From contig CM022675.1 in NCBI GenBank assembly GCA_012295275.1, positions 14,384,001 to 14,448,000 on the forward strand: DNA of 64,000 nt, read 5' to 3'. Shown here in pieces: positions 28,466 to 43,522 of this stretch; within the stretch, counting starts at the first letter, position 1, and the number at the start of each line of letters is the position of its first letter. Below the pieces are notes generated by a model. That model had not been told where the DNA came from and made no database searches. It was given only the letters and a program-made list of their open reading frames with translations. This DNA comes from Chrysomallon squamiferum. Taxonomy: Eukaryota > Animalia > Mollusca. A program made the translations under genes and the position numbers.

Positions 28466-29841
28466 ATATAGTATGCAGTTTGTAAAATTAGTTGCCAGTA
28501 ATAGTCTGGAATCAGAAAATAAAAACACAAGATGGGATGATATAAAGACTGATCCTGCAGTCAGATTCTAAACACTGAAATGAAATGATACTTCAGAACA
28601 GCAACAATGTACATCATCTTCAAAACTATATCTTATGTTTTTCGTTTTCTTATTGTGTAATTTTTCTTTAAGTTCCCCTCTATAATTTGAAGGCTGGCAA
28701 ACAAATCTTATACAAAATACATTGTAGTCATACATACATATTTACTAATTTAAATTAATTTGCTATAATCCTAAGGGCATAATTTGGAAACATCTGTCAT
28801 CTTGCCAAAAGATTTCATTATTTTTGATAATTAGAATTGTTATTGAAATTAATTATTTTCAGTTTGGTCTAAATTTATTTTTCTTTTATATAAATAATAA
28901 TGAAAGCTGTTTTTTTTTTTATTTACACAGTTTGAAACACTCATATTTAAAAAGAATAAAAAAAAAAATTTTTTTTTCTTTTCTTAAATTAATCAGTTGG
29001 AATAGAGCCATAGATAACAATAGCAGCAAGAAAAAAAAAGATATACAGATTAAAAATCGCATCATTGTTTTATTTGTGTTAATTAACTAAATTAATTAAT
29101 TGACCAGTCTCTGCTCTTAGTGTTAGAAATTCATTTTACATAATGACCACCGCAACAGTTACTACTACTGCTACTATAGCTATTACCTTTACCTCTGTCT
29201 TAATTACAATTATTATAACAATAACTATTACTACTATTTCAAAACTATTACAATACTATGATTACTGTTACTACTACTACTACTAGTATCATATAACTAC
29301 TATTTCTACTATTACTCTTGTTACAAGAAAACAACATCAACAACAACTACCACTACTACTACCACTACTACTATTACTATTACTAACACGTTTACCGATA
29401 CTTCTGCCTACGCTATTATTATTACTATTATTTTTTCACTTTAATGAATATTAGTTGAAAATTATATTTGTAAAATTCGATCAAAATCTATATTAAAAAA
29501 AAGTATACCTTACATTTGATGTCTATGTTTATGATTGTGATAATAATAAATACCATCGTAAATCATTCATAAATGATAGACTGTTACAAGAAACAGATCA
29601 ATTTTCAAATATTTTCATCAGAAAATTTATAACATTTTGTTATATGAATTGAGAGAACTTGAAAAAATGTAAACAATTATGAATAATAGAAACAAAAAAG
29701 CAAGCAAACAAACAAACAAACAAAAAGATAAATAGTAAACAGATAAATAAATAAATAAATAAATAAATAACCAGCTAAATAAACAAACAGACAGACGGAC
29801 AGATAGATGGTTAGACATATAGATAGACAGACAGCGGTCTA

Positions 29842-29979
<138 letters not shown>

Positions 29980-30683
29980 TATAAATGATTTGAAAACAGC
30001 TATAAAAAGTTCAGCAGAAAAAGGTTTTCAGTATCTAAAATTATTCCTTTTTTACTTTCTCTTAACTCCTGTCTTACTTTGATTTTCTTCCTTCTTTCTT
30101 TCCTTTCTTTTCTCATTTGTCCTTCCTTTAATGTAATGTTCTGATTTTCTTTCCTTTTTTTATTCCTTACTTAAATATCGTTTTTGTTTTTCTTTCTTTC
30201 TTCTTTCTTTTTTAACAATTTCTTTCTCCTCTTCTTCTTTCTTTCTTTCCATCTTTTAATTGTACATGTCCACTCATTTATTGCCCTTTCATTCCGCTTT
30301 TCCTTCTCTGTCTTTCTGTCTTTATATCTCTCCCCTATCTCGTGTATTCTCTTTTACCTGTTTTCATTTTCGATTTGATCAGAACAAATGAAAAGCATCT
30401 AGAAGTGTTAAAGTAGTTCGTGAAGCTGAAGTTGTAGACATCTGTTTTCACGTTTACCAAATGCAGCGATGTAAATTATTTATTAAACCTCTCTATTAGG
30501 TTTATAGCTTTTTTGAAGTATTAAGGCGTGAATAATTTTCGCTTATATACATAAAATGTAGATACATTAAATTTAAATATGTACTTTATATTGTAATAAA
30601 GAATATTATTCGTATGTATAATATGTATAATATATATATATAAAAAAACACACACTTCATATATAAATACACACATATGTTTG

Positions 30684-30716
<33 letters not shown>

Positions 30717-30967
30717 TTGTGTGTGTGTGGGTGTGTGTGTGCATTTATATATGTACGTTTGAGTGCGAGTGCTAGTATATGTATGGTAAAAAGATAAATA
30801 AATAAACAAATGAAAAGTAAACAACAACAAAGAAATTTACTAGAAAAAAACAGACCCCCCCCTCCAGACAGAGAGAGAGAAAAAAAGAAGAACAATAATT
30901 ATAGATAGAAAATAAATAAAAACGTAACAATAAAAAAGACAAAGATAATGTATATAAAACCACCACC

Positions 30968-31029
<62 letters not shown>

Positions 31030-31216
31030 CAATAATAGTAATAGTAATAATAATCATAATAGTAATTGTAATAATAATAGTAATAATAGTAGTAGTAGTA
31101 ATAGTATTAACAAGAAAAATAATAATAACAATAATAGTAATAGTAATAATAATAATTATAATAGTAATAATAATAATAGTAGTAGTAATAGTATTAACAA
31201 GAAAAATAATAATAAC

Positions 31217-31255
<39 letters not shown>

Positions 31256-31719
31256 TAATAATAATAATAATAATCATAATAATAATAATAATAATAATAA
31301 TAGAATAATCAGCAGAACAAAAACAAACAAATAAATAAATAAATCAAACAAACACATAAACGAATAAATAAATAAATAAATAAATAAATAAGTAAATAAG
31401 TAAATAAATAAATAAGTAAATAAGTAAATAAATAAATAAGTAAATAAATAAACAAATAAATAAATAAATAATATAACAAACGAAAAAACACGAAAAGAAG
31501 AAATAACAATATAAAGAAAAAAAGAGAAATTAAAAGAGGAATTAAAACTAACTGTAAACAAATTTACAATGAGCATATAATTAAGTAAATATTTTGCTAC
31601 AGGAAAACGATAAAGACACATTATTTCACAATTCTTGTAAGTAGATCTCCTCAAAAACTCACAACCCAACAAACACTCAACATTCATTCATTTTCCTGAA
31701 CAAACACATTCTCAGATCA

Positions 31720-32420
31720 CAATATGTCGCGTGCCTAATTTAAAACCACAAACAAATGAGAAAAATTCAAACCGCTACATTCGATTCATTTTACAGCGAA
31801 TTAACTTTTGTTCTCTCCGGTCCGAAGTCAAGTTGCGATTCGGTGTGGAGATTGATCGTCTGCTATTGTAGAGTTAGCGGCGAGTCTTTGTGTTTGAAGA
31901 CGCGCGATTGATTGTCTCCCATGTCGACTTTTGACACGCGTGTAATTACACCGGTCAGCGTTACCCGGGTATTATCAGCAGAAAACTGGACAAATGGTCA
32001 GTGATATTAACACCCAGGTCGCGGTAATGACCAAATTAGTACATACAGGCGACTATTAAGTCACGAACTGAACCGAAAACAATCAAAACAGAACAGAAAG
32101 TGTCGGGTTTCTCGGCGGCTGCTGTAAAGCGAGCAAGCGGGACAGACAGACGGTGGAAATTAATTGACGTTGTTTTCAATTAAAGCGGTCAATTTCAAAA
32201 TAGGACTGTACATCCGGGCTCATTTGTCTACAGTTGGGAATTATTCGTGTGCAGCGCCGCTGCTGCTGTTGCAAATGATGCGGTTAAAGACGCGGTCGCA
32301 CGTCGCCGGTAGAATGTGAACCGTTTCAAGATTTGTCCAATTTCGTGATCGGTCATTTGTCATCCGGACAATTAAAATGCGCCGACAAAGAGAGTTGATT
32401 GATTTATAAAATAATTTGAA
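31720..32420. promoter_or_regulatory. Intronic CpG-rich island, candidate enhancer
   Basis: About 700 bp of complex GC-richer sequence with GTAATTAC, TAATGA, AATTAATTG, CAATTAAA twice and TGATTGATTTAT. Confidence 0.45.
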
Positions 32421-32574
32421 AATGTGTTTAAACATTTCTGTACTAACAGACTTTAAGATATAATTACAATTTAAATAGCTGTTATTTAAATCTTTTTCGT
32501 TTATTTTTATTTATTTATTTATTTATTTATTATTATTATTCATTATTATTATTATCATTATCATGATTATTGTC

Positions 32575-32638
<64 letters not shown>

Positions 32639-32861
32639 GACTATGGATGATAAGGGAAATCGATATATTTTTGCAAAAAATTGAATAAGATAAAAATTCC
32701 CAGTTAAACTGAAAAGTTGAAAGAAAAATCAAAAACAATTTACAAGAACTTTCAACAAAATTTATTTCACATGAAATCATGATTCTTCTTTTGTTCTCCT
32801 TCTTTGTTGTTGTTGCTCGTGTTATTTTAATTGTTACAATTCTCTTCTGTTTTAAAACCAG

Positions 32862-33169
32862 GTCCGAGGAACAGAAAAATACGAAGGAAGGAGAAAACGA
32901 TTGATGAAAAACGTCCACGCACGGCTTTCTCGAACGAACAGCTTCAAAAGCTGAAGAAGGAGTTTGAAAACTGCCGATACCTCACCGAGCAGAGGCGAAA
33001 AGACTTGGCCAGCAAACTGCACTTGTCAGAGTCGCAGATTAAAATCTGGTTTCAGAACAAAAGGGCAAAAATCAAGAAGACGTCCGGTCTAAAAAATCCC
33101 CTAGCTCTGCACTTAATGTCACAGGGACTTTATAACCATCGTACCGCCAGCAGTGATGAGAAGTCGTAG
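32862..33169 (+). CDS. en: Engrailed homeobox protein, coding exon 2 (EH3, homeodomain, EH5)
   Basis: Homeodomain [60 protein letters not shown] (32906-33085) with engrailed-diagnostic [11 protein letters not shown], then EH5 [16 protein letters not shown]; TAG at 33167-33169. Confidence 0.98.
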
Positions 33170-33507
33170 AAAACAAAAATTCGGTGAAGCGGATCTGTAG
33201 TGAAGGAAATCACCAGAACTAACAGGAAGTTGAATGAAAAATTCCAAATGTGGAGATCGTTCTAATTAACGGTGAAGATTGGTTAAAATTAACTATATAA
33301 CTAATTACATCTGTTAGAAGTGGACGAAATTCTATTTTATGTTCTATGCGATATTTTGATGTAAAGTTACGTTCAGGGTACTTTGTTAGTACGGAATAGA
33401 CCTTGTAAGAATTTAAACATGAATTCGAAATCTGAATTCGTTAACAAAGATTTTTATATTTTACAACAAAACTGTCGCTGTATTTATAATAAGACAAGTC
33501 CCCTAGA

Positions 33508-33513
33508 AATAAA
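33508..33513 (+). terminator. Candidate polyadenylation signal AATAAA (alternative at 34124)
   Basis: AATAAA about 340 nt after the stop, followed by T-rich sequence. The hexamer is common in AT-rich DNA, so this is tentative. Confidence 0.35.
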
Positions 33514-34669
33514 GAGATGAATTCTCTTTTCTTTACAAACATATTTCCCTACATCATTTAACTAACTGATTTTGGAACACAACAAAACTGCTTACTTTAG
33601 GAATCAGAAATTTACTTAGGATAACTACTTCAACAAAACCAGTCTACTGCTGCTTTGTAACAGCAAGACATTGTTTAGACTGGTCCCTGGCTGATTTGTT
33701 TATTTTATTGTCAAATACGACAAATTTATTCATATGACATTCATTCTTCTTATTCTTCTTTTTCTTCTTACTATCGTCATCATCATTATCATCATAATCA
33801 TCTTATTATTATTATTATTATCATCATTATCATCATTACCATATATTAAATTTGCTTGTAATCTGGATTGGTTTCGATCGAAGAAGCTAGTTTCCAGCGA
33901 TTACAATCAAACTGTCGTACAAATAACACTGTAACCCGTGAGTCCGTATAGCCGTGAGGAATTCCGATATAGCACCTGTGTATGTCATTTAATTTGGTCA
34001 AAATAAAATGTAAAATCAAGATAAAATGAAAATTTCTTTGACACGTTAAGTTACTATTAAGCAATATAAACAGAAACTTGTAATTAGAAAGTCCAAGGAA
34101 AAGTTCTTTTTCTTTTTGTTCTTAATAAATTAATAAAAAAACAAAAATAATAATAATAAAAAAACATTATACAAACAAAATTAAATAATATAAACAAAAT
34201 GAGTGGAACAAAAGCAACAACAAAAATCGTAACACCTCTATTTACATACTTATTTCATTCAACTCTTTATTTTTAATTTAAAATTGACTACGTTTACAGT
34301 TCTGCCAGAGTATTAACTCAAAATCTGTTACTACGCGTGTCTGACTCAATTTGATATCGTAAATTGTGAAACAATTATTTTCCTGTTCTAAAATCGATTC
34401 CTTTTTTCTTTTTCTTTTTTAAGTCGTTGGCTTCTTTGAAGATCTCCGAAATTTGCTGAACCCTCACAGGGAAAAAATGGCGACATAAGGACATTAAATA
34501 AGCATAACTTTTCCAAAGAACGAATAACCTTTATAAAGTAAAATTTATTTCCTTTACCTGCGACGTAATCAAAACAGGACAAAAACGTGGACATAAATAG
34601 TTAATAAAATAAAATTACTTCTCCTGTCACTTTCCCACACCGCTTAGACCAATTTATTGACTCACAAGG

Positions 34670-34671
<2 letters not shown>

Positions 34672-34766
<95 letters not shown>

Positions 34767-34790
34767 AACACACACACACACACACACACA
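34672..34790. repeat. Compound (CT)n(CA)n microsatellite
   Basis: Direct reading. Confidence 0.96.
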
Positions 34791-35563
34791 TAATGTTTCT
34801 TCTGACAAAATTTAGAAAACAAAACAAACGTCATATGCTTGTGCTTTTTAATGATTGTCGCAAACACAAAACAAAATACGTTTGTGTTTCCATTGTAAAT
34901 ACATTCCCAGCTACAACAAACAAATAAATCTGTGATATAGAACTGTATAATTTTACTGACAGAACTTTTTTTTTGTATTGTATTGTTCTGTGTTGTGGTG
35001 TTTCGGTCTCTATGTTATTCAGTTATATGCTGTTTTAACTGTCTATCTTGTAACGGAATACATACGGACAGGACAAGAGACTGCGATGCTCAAAACGTTC
35101 AAGTTTATAGCTGATAGAAGCTTTCGTAAACCTGTGTGCTTTTTCCTTTATTAAATATGCTACCTTATGTCAGCCGTTGTTTGTTTTCTTTTTTGTTTTA
35201 GATTTTGTTTAAAGTGAAAATGACTGTATGCAAATATTCTGTATGTGTGTAAATATGAATGTATACAATTACATACATATGATATCTGTATGTATGTATC
35301 TGTAGGTGTGTGTATATATGTATGTGTATGTGTATATATAGGTATTAATATATATATGTGTGTATGTGTGTATCATGTATGTTATGTATGTATGTGTGTA
35401 TATATATATATACATCTCTCTCATTCTTCCTCTCTATCTATCTATCTATCTATCTGAACATATCCTTGTTTCCATGCACTGTTTCTTTGTTTTGTGTTTC
35501 TCTTTCCCTCTTTCTGTCCGTCTTTCTCTCACCCTCACGCTCGTTCTCACACTCTCTTCTCCT

Positions 35564-35596
<33 letters not shown>

Positions 35597-36381
35597 TATA
35601 TAAAACCGACAAAGTGATAATAATAAAAAAAGAACTGAACCAACGTAAACTGATATAAATATATTTAATTCGTATTACAAAAAACATACATTCGTCTTAT
35701 AATTTATAACTGCCCAGGCAAATAAACTTGCAGTAACATTACATATATATATTTATGCTTTGTTTAATTTTTTCATATCGATTTATTTATTTATTAATTT
35801 ATTTATTTATTTATTTATTTATTAATTTATTTATTTATTAATTTATTTATTTATTTATTTATTTATTTGAAAGAAAAAAAAAAAGAACAAAACAAACATG
35901 TTCTTGCCAATTTTTTCTCACCTTTCAAGGTTCTCGAATTACTATTTTCTTTTGTATGTACAATTGTCTGTTAATGAAAACATGATTATCAAGATTCGGG
36001 TTCATGCTTCTATTAAACTGTCTAATAGAAAATTATGCTTTGGATAAATAGCGAAATAGCCATGAAAATATCTGAGTCTGAAATAACGAAAAGATGAATA
36101 ACCAGAAGAAAATTAAAAAAAAAGGAAAGAAATAAGGTAAATGCTAATAAAATTTTAAAGAACAACTTTTTAATGTTCTAAAAAAAATTTAGAATTTAAA
36201 AAAAAGAGAAAATATTGAAAATGTTGAACTGAATTACTGTACAGGTGAAGAATTAGCGGAAAAAAATAAAGATGAACAGTTACATAATAGTGACGATGAT
36301 GATGATGATAGGAGTCGTAGTAGTAGTAGTAGTAATAGTTATAATAGTTGTAGTAGTTTCAAAATAATAAAAGCAGCAATC

Positions 36382-36412
<31 letters not shown>

Positions 36413-37633
36413 CAACAAAAAAATTAATAAAAATAATAAGTAAGTAAGTAAGTAAATAAATAAATAAATAAACAATACGTTTAATTAATTTAAATGAGTG
36501 AATACTTAAATATATATGTGACATAGTATGAATATTTAAACGAGTAGTTAACTGAATTTAATCTTTGTGAGTGGCAGGATGATCAGTGAGCGAAAGAGAT
36601 GTTTTGTTGTAAATACATCTACGAGGCAACGAGTAAACACACACACACGTGTAAATCTGTGAATCCGTGAATGAAAATATGTAAATAAGTGAAAGAAATG
36701 TAGTTGAATGATTAGTCACTGAAAACCAGAGTAATAACTGAGAGGCGAGCAAATATATGAGTTAACTCAGTGAGTGGAGTAGACGAGTGAGTAAGTAGGT
36801 AATAAAGCGAGCACATGGCAGTACAATATCTGTGAATTTAAGCTGACGAGTGAAAACGTGATAAAAGAAACTGAAGATAAAATGCAATTTAAACAAAGAA
36901 AGAAGAAAAAACGATTAAAAAAGAAGGAAAAAACAGAAGGGAAGAAATTAAGAACATAAACAAGATTTACAAAACAGAACAAATTTATAAACATGTTGAA
37001 AATAAGGAGAAAAAAAAAAGTAAAGATCATAAAAGATAATATAAAAACGATGAAAATCGATGCTCAATCAATAAAAATAAATAGAAAAAGAGAAGAAAAT
37101 AAATGTAAGACTAAAAAATATAAATTTAAAAAAAAATAAAGCGAAGGTAGAAAAGAATCAGAAAGATTTAAAACAATAAAAAAAAAAAAAAAAAAAAAAA
37201 AAAAAGAAAAAGAAAAACGATTTGAATGCGATGAAAAAGAATGTAAAAAGATGGGTTGTTATTAAAAGATCGGCCACGCAGACCGAGGAAAACGTGAAGA
37301 TTTGCATAACGGAATGAACGTGTAAAGCAAACGTCGTGTACCAGGTGTTGGCCGCTGCACGTTACGTTGAAAAGTGTGACAGCTCACAAGCTGTAAAACG
37401 AAACCCAATCTTCATTGATCTCACCTGACTTAAATATCGAACACCTATTTTCTCCAGGAGCGGGAAGGAGAGGAAAATAGGAGAAGGAGAAGGAGAAGGA
37501 GAAGGAGAAGAATTCGAGAGAGTGGTTGAAGAGGGTGAATTGATTACGGTGGTTTTTATTTTTTATTCTCTCTGTCTGTCTGTGTCTTTATTTCTCTGCA
37601 TCTGGGTGTATATTTTTCTCACACATACGTACA

Positions 37634-37703
<70 letters not shown>

Positions 37704-38312
37704 CACTTATATACATACACATTCGCATAAATACATACACACATTAATCATCATTCATTCATTCTTTTGTTTATTTATTCATAAATACACCTTTGTTAAT
37801 TTGATAACATTTATCTGTTAATTTCTACACATTTATATCTATATATTTTATTCAAATTTTTGTCCTTGATTGGGTTTATTTATTTAGTTACTTATTTACT
37901 TACTTATTATTGTTTTGGGGGTTTTTTCTGTAATTTATTTGTTGTTTTATTTTATTTTATTATATTTATATTTTATACGAGACGATTCTCGTTCCAGTTT
38001 AATCTGGTTAAGTCATTCCGAGTCCCTTTGTCAGAAAACAAGAAGAAAATTTTCATGCGACATCCATCTCTAAATCAGCCACTGAAATATGATTTTATAA
38101 CAGACAATAATCATCATCGTAATCATCCAGAATTACCTTCAAGCAAGACAATACAACTCGAGGACAAAACCAGGTGTCCGCTGCCATTAGACTGTCATTG
38201 TATGATAACCAGTGGAAAATATGACTGATACCGAAACCAAATACCGCGTAACGGCCTATCAACTTGTTTATGGCGTCTTTGAGCTTCAAGTACCAGTCTA
38301 AATATAATATGT

Positions 38313-38344
<32 letters not shown>

Positions 38345-40380
38345 TATTCTGATGTTTTAAATATGTCTACAAATTAAAATTATAAGGTTGTGGCTTGCCG
38401 GGGACATTAGTAAATCCAATTTTCTTTCTTTCTTTCCATCTTTCTTTCTTTTTTCTTTCTTTTTTAAGGTATGAAATGAAATAAAATAAAATAATAGTTC
38501 TGCAATCCTACACCTGTTTTGGGTTGTCCCTCCGTAAACCTCATAAAAAAATATTTAAAAAATAAAAGAAGATTTTGAAAATTTATATATTCTATTACTT
38601 TTATTCAAGCAATAAATCACTGCTTAGTTTAATGACCACATATTCGTTTACTGCTAATCTGTGGCTATTAAATATCAGACGTAAATTAAGTCAGTTTTAT
38701 TAGTTTACGAAGAATAAAAGCAAAGAAAGCTGTTACTGAAAACATGATTAAGAACTATAAATTTATTTCACACGACAGCACTTTCCACGTGACGTTACTC
38801 AAAGAATTATTTTGTAAAATGTCTAAAAGTACAAATGCACAGTAGTGTTTAAATAGATATCAGGTAACGTTATGTAGGGTCGACTGTATAGTTTGTTCTA
38901 TAGAAAATAATAGGAATAGTAATAATATAAAAAATGAAATAAAAATAATTATTATGAAAAAAAAAAAAAAAGAATAGTAATAATAAATAAATAAAAAATA
39001 AAAATAAGAATAATAAATAATAAAAAATAGAGTAAAAAAAATAAAAATAAAAAATATATTAAAATAAAATAAAATAAAACTGAAATATCTAATGTATTTT
39101 CTAACAATATTTTTCCATCTTTCTACTTAATATATGAATATTTAACAAAAGTTTATTAATATTTTGATTTATAAAAATAAAAATAAACGCACTTCATTAA
39201 TATCATCTTTAACAATAACTTTCTACTTAATAATTTTATTGAATAGAACATTACTTAGTCTTTATTATTATTACTGTTATTGCCATTACTATACTATACA
39301 CTACTTCTAACACTACTACTATTACTACTACTCTACCACCTCTTCTGCCACTACTACTACTGGTACTACTACTACTTCTTCTACCATCTGCTACTGTTGC
39401 TACTATAACTACTACTCCTACTATTACTATTACTGCTACTACAACTATCATTACAGTTACTAGTACAGTCGCTATAAATACTACTGCTGTTACTACTGGT
39501 ACTGCTATCATCATCATTATTATTATTATTATTATATGGTATTATTATTATTATTATTATTACTATAGTCATTATAACTACTACTATTATTGAAGCTTTT
39601 GATGCGATTACTACTGATATTATTATTATTACTACTACTACTACTACCACTACTTCTATCACTGCTATTACTACTATTAGCATTGATAATAACAAAACAT
39701 ATTACTGATAATAGAAGCAGTAGCAGCTCACCACCAACAACAAAAACAACAACAACAACAATAATAATAAAGTAGATAAAATAATGTTAAGACCGATTTT
39801 CATTTCCCATGACAGAGCAAAAAACAAAATCCTATCTAATATTAAATTACTTGCGTCCATTGTCCTTCACATAAGAGGATAAAACACTAATTACCGCGTG
39901 ATTTATGCAAAACGGTTTGAAGACGATAAATCAAAATCTTTTAAATCGGATGTATTAAAGAGAAATATAAATGACAACACTTTGCGTGTGGTCCCTGGAA
40001 AACAAAGTGTTAATGACACATGATTCCTTCCTCTTAATCTTCTCAACCATAATGTTAATCCTCTAGCTGGATTTACTCGCGATGTTGATCCGACAGACAA
40101 AGCGTAGCGCCATCTTTAAGGGGAAGTAACTGTGAAAATCGTCTGAAGCTAGCCAAGATGGTGGTCCATGCCAGACGATACTAAGCGAGATGAACTCGTT
40201 GAATCCGGCTCCAGTTTCACAGTCCAACAGTTCGGTCGTATAAGTTTTATTTTTTTATCTTATTTTTTTTCTCTCTCTTTTTTTTTCTTCTCATTTATAG
40301 CGAACGAAAAATTATTAAAGTACGAATAATACAGTTGTTTCCAAAAAGAGAAAATGAAATAGAAAGTTTTATACGTAAGT

Positions 40381-40507
40381 ACATACATACATATAGACAG
40401 ACAGACAGACAGACATACATACATACACACATACATACATTCATACACACATACATACATACATACACACACACATACATACATACATACATACATACAT
40501 ACATACA

Positions 40508-40539
<32 letters not shown>

Positions 40540-40598
40540 CATACATACATACATACATACATACAGACAGACATACATACATACATACATACATACAT
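40381..40598. repeat. (CATA)n/(CAGA)n tetranucleotide repeat
   Basis: Direct reading. Confidence 0.95.
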
Positions 40599-41840
40599 AA
40601 TAATATTTCATAATAATTACAATTTTTGTAAAAAAATATATTTTTCTTCAGCATACCATAAATTAAATATTTTACGTTAATGGTTTCCATTATAAAATTA
40701 CTCTTTGTCACATTTATATATATACACACATGAATAATAGATTTATTTTATTTTATTTTATTTTATTTCATTTCATACAATCTGAAAAAAAAAAAATAAT
40801 AATAATAAAAAAAAGAAGAAAAACATTAACACTCATAAAAAACAAATGAAAATTTAACATTTCATCTTTCATGTTTTTTCACAATTTCATTCTGCGTGGA
40901 TGGCGTGCAACTTCAGCAAAATTAAACTACACAAAAAATAATTCACCTGTTCCTTTAAAAAAAAAACCGTTTCTTTGTTTCTCTTCAAAACAGGAAACAA
41001 ATGAGGTGAAACTATATATTTGTATTAAGGCAAACACCTGATTTTGGTCCTGTCTGCCTGTGATTTATGTAATGATATGTATTCGGTCTTGTGGTATATT
41101 ACCATATAAATCCGTCTCCTTCTTGTGTAACCAGTAACATATGTTACCCGAAAGTCTCTCAGAACGTTTTATTTATTTTTCAAAATCTTCCCCCCACTCA
41201 TATTTTAGTGTTGTTCTCTTCATTACGTGGAGGCATGTGAATTTAAAGATAATTCAAGTACCTTAGAGGTGTTTACCTAAGTCCTTAACAGTAGTCCATA
41301 TTACCAAAGTTAAACAAAGGAGTATTTTTTTCGTTGTTGTTTTTATAAAAGAGTCAAAAACGAGGAGATAACTTAGCCCTGAGTCATATTTATGGCGTGC
41401 CAATTGTGCTATTTTTTTTTTTTTTTTTCACTTTTTCGTTCCTTTTCGATGATAACCATAAACACTGTTCCTATCTACGATTGTTATCGTTTAGAGGAAT
41501 TTCCAGTTATTTCCCTGTCAGTTTGAAATGGACAGTTAATGTTTTAGCAGACAGTGATATTTTTGAACCATCTTAGTAAATGTCCTTTTTATACAACTTG
41601 AAATTGTCCGTTATTCAAAATAACTTTAGAAGCGGAGGGAAAATAAAATAAATAAATAATGATAATGATAAAAATAATAAATTGATAAATAAATAAATAA
41701 TAAATAAATAAACAAATAAAATAGAAAAAATAAAAATAAAATAGTAGAAGTGGTAGTAGTAGCAGTAATAATAAATAAGAAGAAAATAATAATAGTAGTA
41801 GAATCAACCAACTATAAATAAATAAATAAATATGTATATA

Positions 41841-41878
<38 letters not shown>

Positions 41879-43436
41879 GGATAATAATAAAAAAATAAGA
41901 TATATTTTTTTTTAAATCCAGGAATTATCATATAATTGTTATTTATAAAAAAAAATTAAAAACAATAAAATCTAAATTAATAATACATATACCGAAAACA
42001 TCTGCAATTCCTACACTCTTCAAAATGACAAAACAGCAGACATTGTTTCCTCTAAAAAAAAATTAATAATAGAAAAAATAAAAATCAAATTCAAGAAGAA
42101 GAAATCTTTCTGTATTTATTTACCAAAGTATATAAGTCAATACAAAAGATTTACAGACGAAAGGAACAAAACTAATTCAGCATGGCGCTAAGTTACAAAC
42201 ATTTTATGATTTCAATTTTTTTTTTCTCTCCATGAAGGACAAAGAACAAGACAATTACATTTTAAAAGAGTCTGTATCTTTTTTCTTCTGACGTCAGAGA
42301 AAATAAGCAGACGACACTAATTTGTTATACAGGCTATTAAACCAGTTATGTTGTTTCCGAAAAATTAACATATTTTAACTAGAAATAAAGAAGAAGAAGA
42401 AGAAAAAGAAAAAAGCGTATTGCAGAGGAAACTTAAAATGATTCTATAACAGTCTTAAAAAAAAGTAATCTGTTCGAAATAGGGGTTAAAAATGAAAAAA
42501 ATAAAAAATAAAAATAAAATCATAGCAGGTAAATGTAATGAGTTGACTCTTTGAAAGCATTAGCAATAGACAAAAGAATATAATTAAACTGATAGACAGA
42601 TAGGTAAATACATAGGTAGACAGTGAGGTAGGTTGATAAATAGATGGACTCGGGAATGGATGGACTGACTTAATAACTGATGGACAGACAGATGGACATA
42701 AATCTATATATAATCTAAGACACACACTGACAAACAGACAGTTGCTGATTAATATGTTTTTAGTATGCACAAATGTTGTGGATATATTTTAAAACATTCA
42801 CTGATATTTGCCAAGGTGATATTATAGGCTTTGGCCAGTTTGATAGCTTATGAGACATTCACAAAGATTTCTGATTTCACTCACAAGAGCAATAATGTGT
42901 GATTATGCTGAAGGTTAACAAATTTCCTTCGTGTGTGTCTTCCCGTTTCAAATAGTATCATACGACTGGAATGTGTTTTCCTGTATGCGAAAGGAAACGA
43001 ATAAAATATATTTTACTGCTTATTGAAAACAGTTTTCATCTCTTAGCTCATTATCACAAAAAAGTAAAAAATAAGAAGAAATAAACGCCTGATTGTTTAA
43101 CACTAAATAATCATTAACAGAAAAACGTGTTGAGATGTTAAAGCATTAATTTCATTGCTCAGCTTTTGCCGTCTGTGTGGAAATCATGAAACTGTTTTAT
43201 CTTCTCTAACTGAAAATGTCTCACAAAGCATGGAAGTTTATTCTTTCTTTGCTGTTACCAAAGGTTTAACAGATACAAGCAATTATGTAATAATAAAACC
43301 TATCGTTCTTGCCTGGTAAATACTTGAAGAAATCTGCTTAACAAATAAAATTTTATTCACGTCAACTGGAAACAATATTTGTATTTATGGGCAACATCCC
43401 ACAGTCAGGAATATATAGAAAGATAGAAAGACTGAA

Positions 43437-43495
<59 letters not shown>

Positions 43496-43522
43496 CACAC
43501 ATATACATATGTATATATATAT

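Noticed and set aside
30965-31300. 128-aa Ile/Val-rich ORF with a repeated VLTRK segment
   Set aside because: An AAT/AGT microsatellite with a short internal duplication of about 90 bp.
32831-32861. N-terminus [10 protein letters not shown] of the 112-aa ORF
   Set aside because: Starts at TTG within the intron's pyrimidine tract and acceptor; not coding.
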